A stretch of DNA of 49,428 bases from the NCBI GenBank assembly GCA_019721075.1, contig JAHEAD010000005.1:62001-111428 (forward strand). The letters are read 5' to 3'. This document shows positions 49,244 through 49,428 of the stretch, in pieces (within the stretch, counting starts at the first letter, position 1; the number at the start of each line of letters is the position of its first letter). The notes beneath the pieces were generated by a model, which saw nothing but the letters and a program-made list of their open reading frames with translations, ran no database searches and was not told where the DNA came from. Position numbers and translations under genes: made by a program. This DNA comes from Candidatus Sysuiplasma jiujiangense. Lineage in GTDB: Archaea > Thermoplasmatota > Thermoplasmata > Sysuiplasmatales > Sysuiplasmataceae.

Positions 49244-49428
49244 ATGAAGTTGGCGGATTGGGCGCGGGAACAAAGCATAGATTACAAGACGGCCTATCGT
49301 TGGTTCCGTGCAGGGCAATTGCCCGTAATGTCTGAACAGATGCCAACTGGAACCATTCCCGTCTATCCCACTCCGAAGAATGAAGGTGGTGTTGCCTTGT
49401 ATGCAGGAGTCTCTTCACATGACCAGCG
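49244..49428 (+). mobile_element. tnpA: IS607-family serine resolvase (TnpA), 5' part, runs off the window, possibly inactive
   Basis: Manual translation MKLADWAREQSIDYKTAYRWFRAGQLPV...PTGTI...VALYAGVSSHDQ: MerR-like HTH followed by a serine-recombinase YARVSS-like motif. Confidence 0.88.

Noticed and set aside
1..49428. CRISPR array, tandem repeat arrays, prophage, reverse transcriptase or defence genes
   Set aside because: No regularly spaced repeats or recognisable hallmark genes were seen on manual reading.

Overview
Archaeal chromosomal window. The Trm56 gene, a 37/38-intron tRNA, CDC48/VAT, TATA/BRE-like promoters and GGTGA Shine-Dalgarno sites point to Archaea; the gene set suggests Thermoplasmatota, probably an acidophile (inference). 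It holds about 43 CDS and two tRNAs: tRNA-Ala(TGC) with a 17-nt intron, and a CAT-anticodon tRNA that is probably Ile2. Main blocks are MFS/arginase/dienelactone hydrolase; a Grs-like radical SAM gene followed by an MMPL transporter; pduO/doxX; cdc48-cbiA-thioredoxin-small coiled-coil gene; a Rieske-cytochrome b operon with three small membrane ORFs and no cytochrome c1, divergent from ahbD/ahbC-like genes; a class B radical SAM-AbrB/PhoU-DUF981-hemerythrin cluster; an internally duplicated DoxD/DoxX protein; housekeeping genes (trm56, a 1793-aa Lhr helicase, moaA); and a tail after tRNA-Ile2 ending in a partial IS607 resolvase. No CRISPR array or prophage was seen. The best leads are the c1-less Rieske/cyt b complex, the Grs+MMPL pair, apparent gene conversion inside cdc48, an HbYX-less CDC48 near a small YX-tailed protein, and an arginase with an apparent ACG start and a substituted Mn ligand. 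All family calls come from motif recognition, not database searches.
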